This document shows positions 6,215 through 6,890 of a DNA stretch of 6,890 nt, piece after piece; position 1 is the stretch's first letter; every line of letters starts with the position of its first letter. The notes under the pieces were generated by a model, which saw only the letters and a program-made list of their open reading frames with translations, did no database searches and had not been told where the DNA came from. The position numbers and the translations under genes were made by a program. The DNA comes from Clostridia bacterium (GTDB taxonomy: Bacteria > Bacillota > Clostridia > Christensenellales > Aristaeellaceae): assembly GCA_030526225.1 (NCBI GenBank), contig JAUNDF010000033.1, positions 1-6,890 on the forward strand, written 5' to 3'.

Positions 6215-6890
6215 ATGATGGCCAAGGAAAAGACCAAGCGACTTGTGGCGCTGGTAATGGCGACGATGATGCTCATGTCGTCTGCCGGCATCGGCACACT
6301 GGCTGAAGAACTGTCCGGCGGCGATGCTGCACAGGCTGTTGTCACCGAAGCAACGGAAGCGCCTGCCGAGACCGAGGCTCCTGCCCAGACGGCAGCCCCC
6401 GAAGCAACGGAAGCCCCCGAAGAGACCGAGGCTCCTGCAGACACCGAAGCCCCCGCCGAAGATACCCGTTCTGCCCTGCAGAAGCTGGTGGAGGACATGG
6501 GCGGTGCCTATGTGTTTACCCTGCGCGGAAATACCACGGTGTATGCAACCGAGTGGTGCAGCGAGCAGAAGGTTCTGGGCACCATTGCCGATGCGGATGC
6601 CATGCTGTACGCCACCGAGTACAAAACCGCCAATGAAGCGCATCCCAGTGTTCGTGTGCTGTTTGTAAGCGGCGACAAGACCGTGGATGGCTTTGTGCGC
6701 GTTGAGGATCTGTCAGACACCGTTATGGATGCTGCCGCCATGGCCGCTTCCGGCAAAACGCTGGATGCTGTGCTGGCCGGTGTGAATGTGAAGATTGCAC
6801 CTGTGGCCTTTACGGCAGCTGTCGAGGCGGAAGCGCCTGCAGATACGCCTGCGCCCGAAACCACCGAGATGCCCGAAACCACCGAGGCTC
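6215..6890 (+). CDS. Secreted or cell-surface protein (partial, continues past the window end) with a signal peptide, Thr/Glu/Ala/Pro-rich tandem linkers and a globular module of about 115 aa
   Basis: Absent from the ORF track because it has no stop in the window. The RBS AGGGAGG (6203-6209) lies 5 nt before ATG 6215. Hand translation gives MMAKEKTKRLVALVMATMMLMSSAGIGTLA/EELSGG..., with a K-rich n-region, a hydrophobic core and an A-x-A-like cleavage site. TEAP-type repeats follow, then TRSALQKLVEDMGGAYVFTLRGNTTVYATEW...VRVLFVSGDKTVDGFVRVEDLS, then a second PETTE linker. The frame stays open for 225 codons to the window end. Confidence 0.8.
   Translation, partial: MMAKEKTKRLVALVMATMMLMSSAGIGTLAEELSGGDAAQAVVTEATEAPAETEAPAQTAAPEATEAPEETEAPADTEAPAEDTRSALQKLVEDMGGAYVFTLRGNTTVYATEWCSEQKVLGTIADADAMLYATEYKTANEAHPSVRVLFVSGDKTVDGFVRVEDLSDTVMDAAAMAASGKTLDAVLAGVNVKIAPVAFTAAVEAEAPADTPAPETTEMPETTEA
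6347..6454 (+). repeat. Two tandem copies of a 54-nt (18-codon) unit inside the secreted-protein CDS
   Basis: 6347-6400 encodes EATEAPAETEAPAQTAAP and 6401-6454 encodes EATEAPEETEAPADTEAP. My hand alignment gives 45 of 54 identical positions. A separate 18-nt-period repeat of CCCGAAACCACCGAG occurs at 6854-6868 and 6872-6886. Confidence 0.85.

Noticed and set aside
6104-6882. Minus-strand ORFs 6104..6643, 6190..6498 and 6508..6882, and plus-strand ORF 6324..6668
   Set aside because: These are alternative-frame or antisense readings of the GC-rich, repeat-rich secreted-protein gene. Their Ala/Ser/Gly/Arg/Pro low-complexity translations lack starts with RBSs. The 6215 frame has an RBS, a signal peptide and a structured domain.
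1-6890. Mobile elements, CRISPR arrays, tRNA or rRNA genes, toxin-antitoxin pairs or known defence-system genes
   Set aside because: I found no transposase, integrase or recombinase-like ORF. There are no terminal inverted repeats flanking the operon, no regularly spaced repeat-spacer array, and no tRNA-like T-arm motifs in the intergenic regions.
910-6890. Compositional shift as evidence of horizontal transfer of the operon
   Set aside because: It rests only on three hand-counted 60-nt lines (40%, 57% and 62% GC). Amino-acid bias in the Ala/Pro/Glu/Thr-rich gene confounds the comparison. A proper windowed GC and codon-usage analysis against the host genome is needed.

Overview
The window appears to come from a Firmicutes/Clostridia-type genome. 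This is inferred from AGGAGG-like RBSs, a TGnTATAAT promoter, tightly coupled genes and a Thr/Pro/Glu-rich secreted protein. All calls were made by eye, with no searches.

One plus-strand, four-gene operon fills most of the window, from a promoter at about 165-192 to a hairpin terminator at about 5880-5925:
1. An APH/choline-kinase-like phosphotransferase that stops abruptly just after its Mg-binding motif (287..913).
2. A 759-aa protein (910..3189) whose N-terminus is a glycosyltransferase family 2 domain starting mid-fold at the DXD segment. The rest is a GH3-family (acyl-acid amido synthetase, ANL-like) fold in which all three nucleotide-binding motifs look substituted.
3. A full-length paralogous APH-like phosphotransferase (3202..4179).
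4. A MATE/MOP-family transporter with an extra C-terminal soluble domain of about 135 aa (4148..5851).

A 363-nt AT-rich spacer follows, containing several hairpins and repeats. After it, a gene missing from the ORF track (it has no stop in the window) starts at 6215. It encodes a signal-peptide protein with tandem TEAP-type linkers.

I saw no rRNA, tRNA, CRISPR array, transposase or integrase. The most interesting item is the kinase / GT2-remnant::degenerate-GH3 / kinase / extended-MATE cassette. It could be an uncharacterised small-molecule modification and export module, or a decaying remnant of one.
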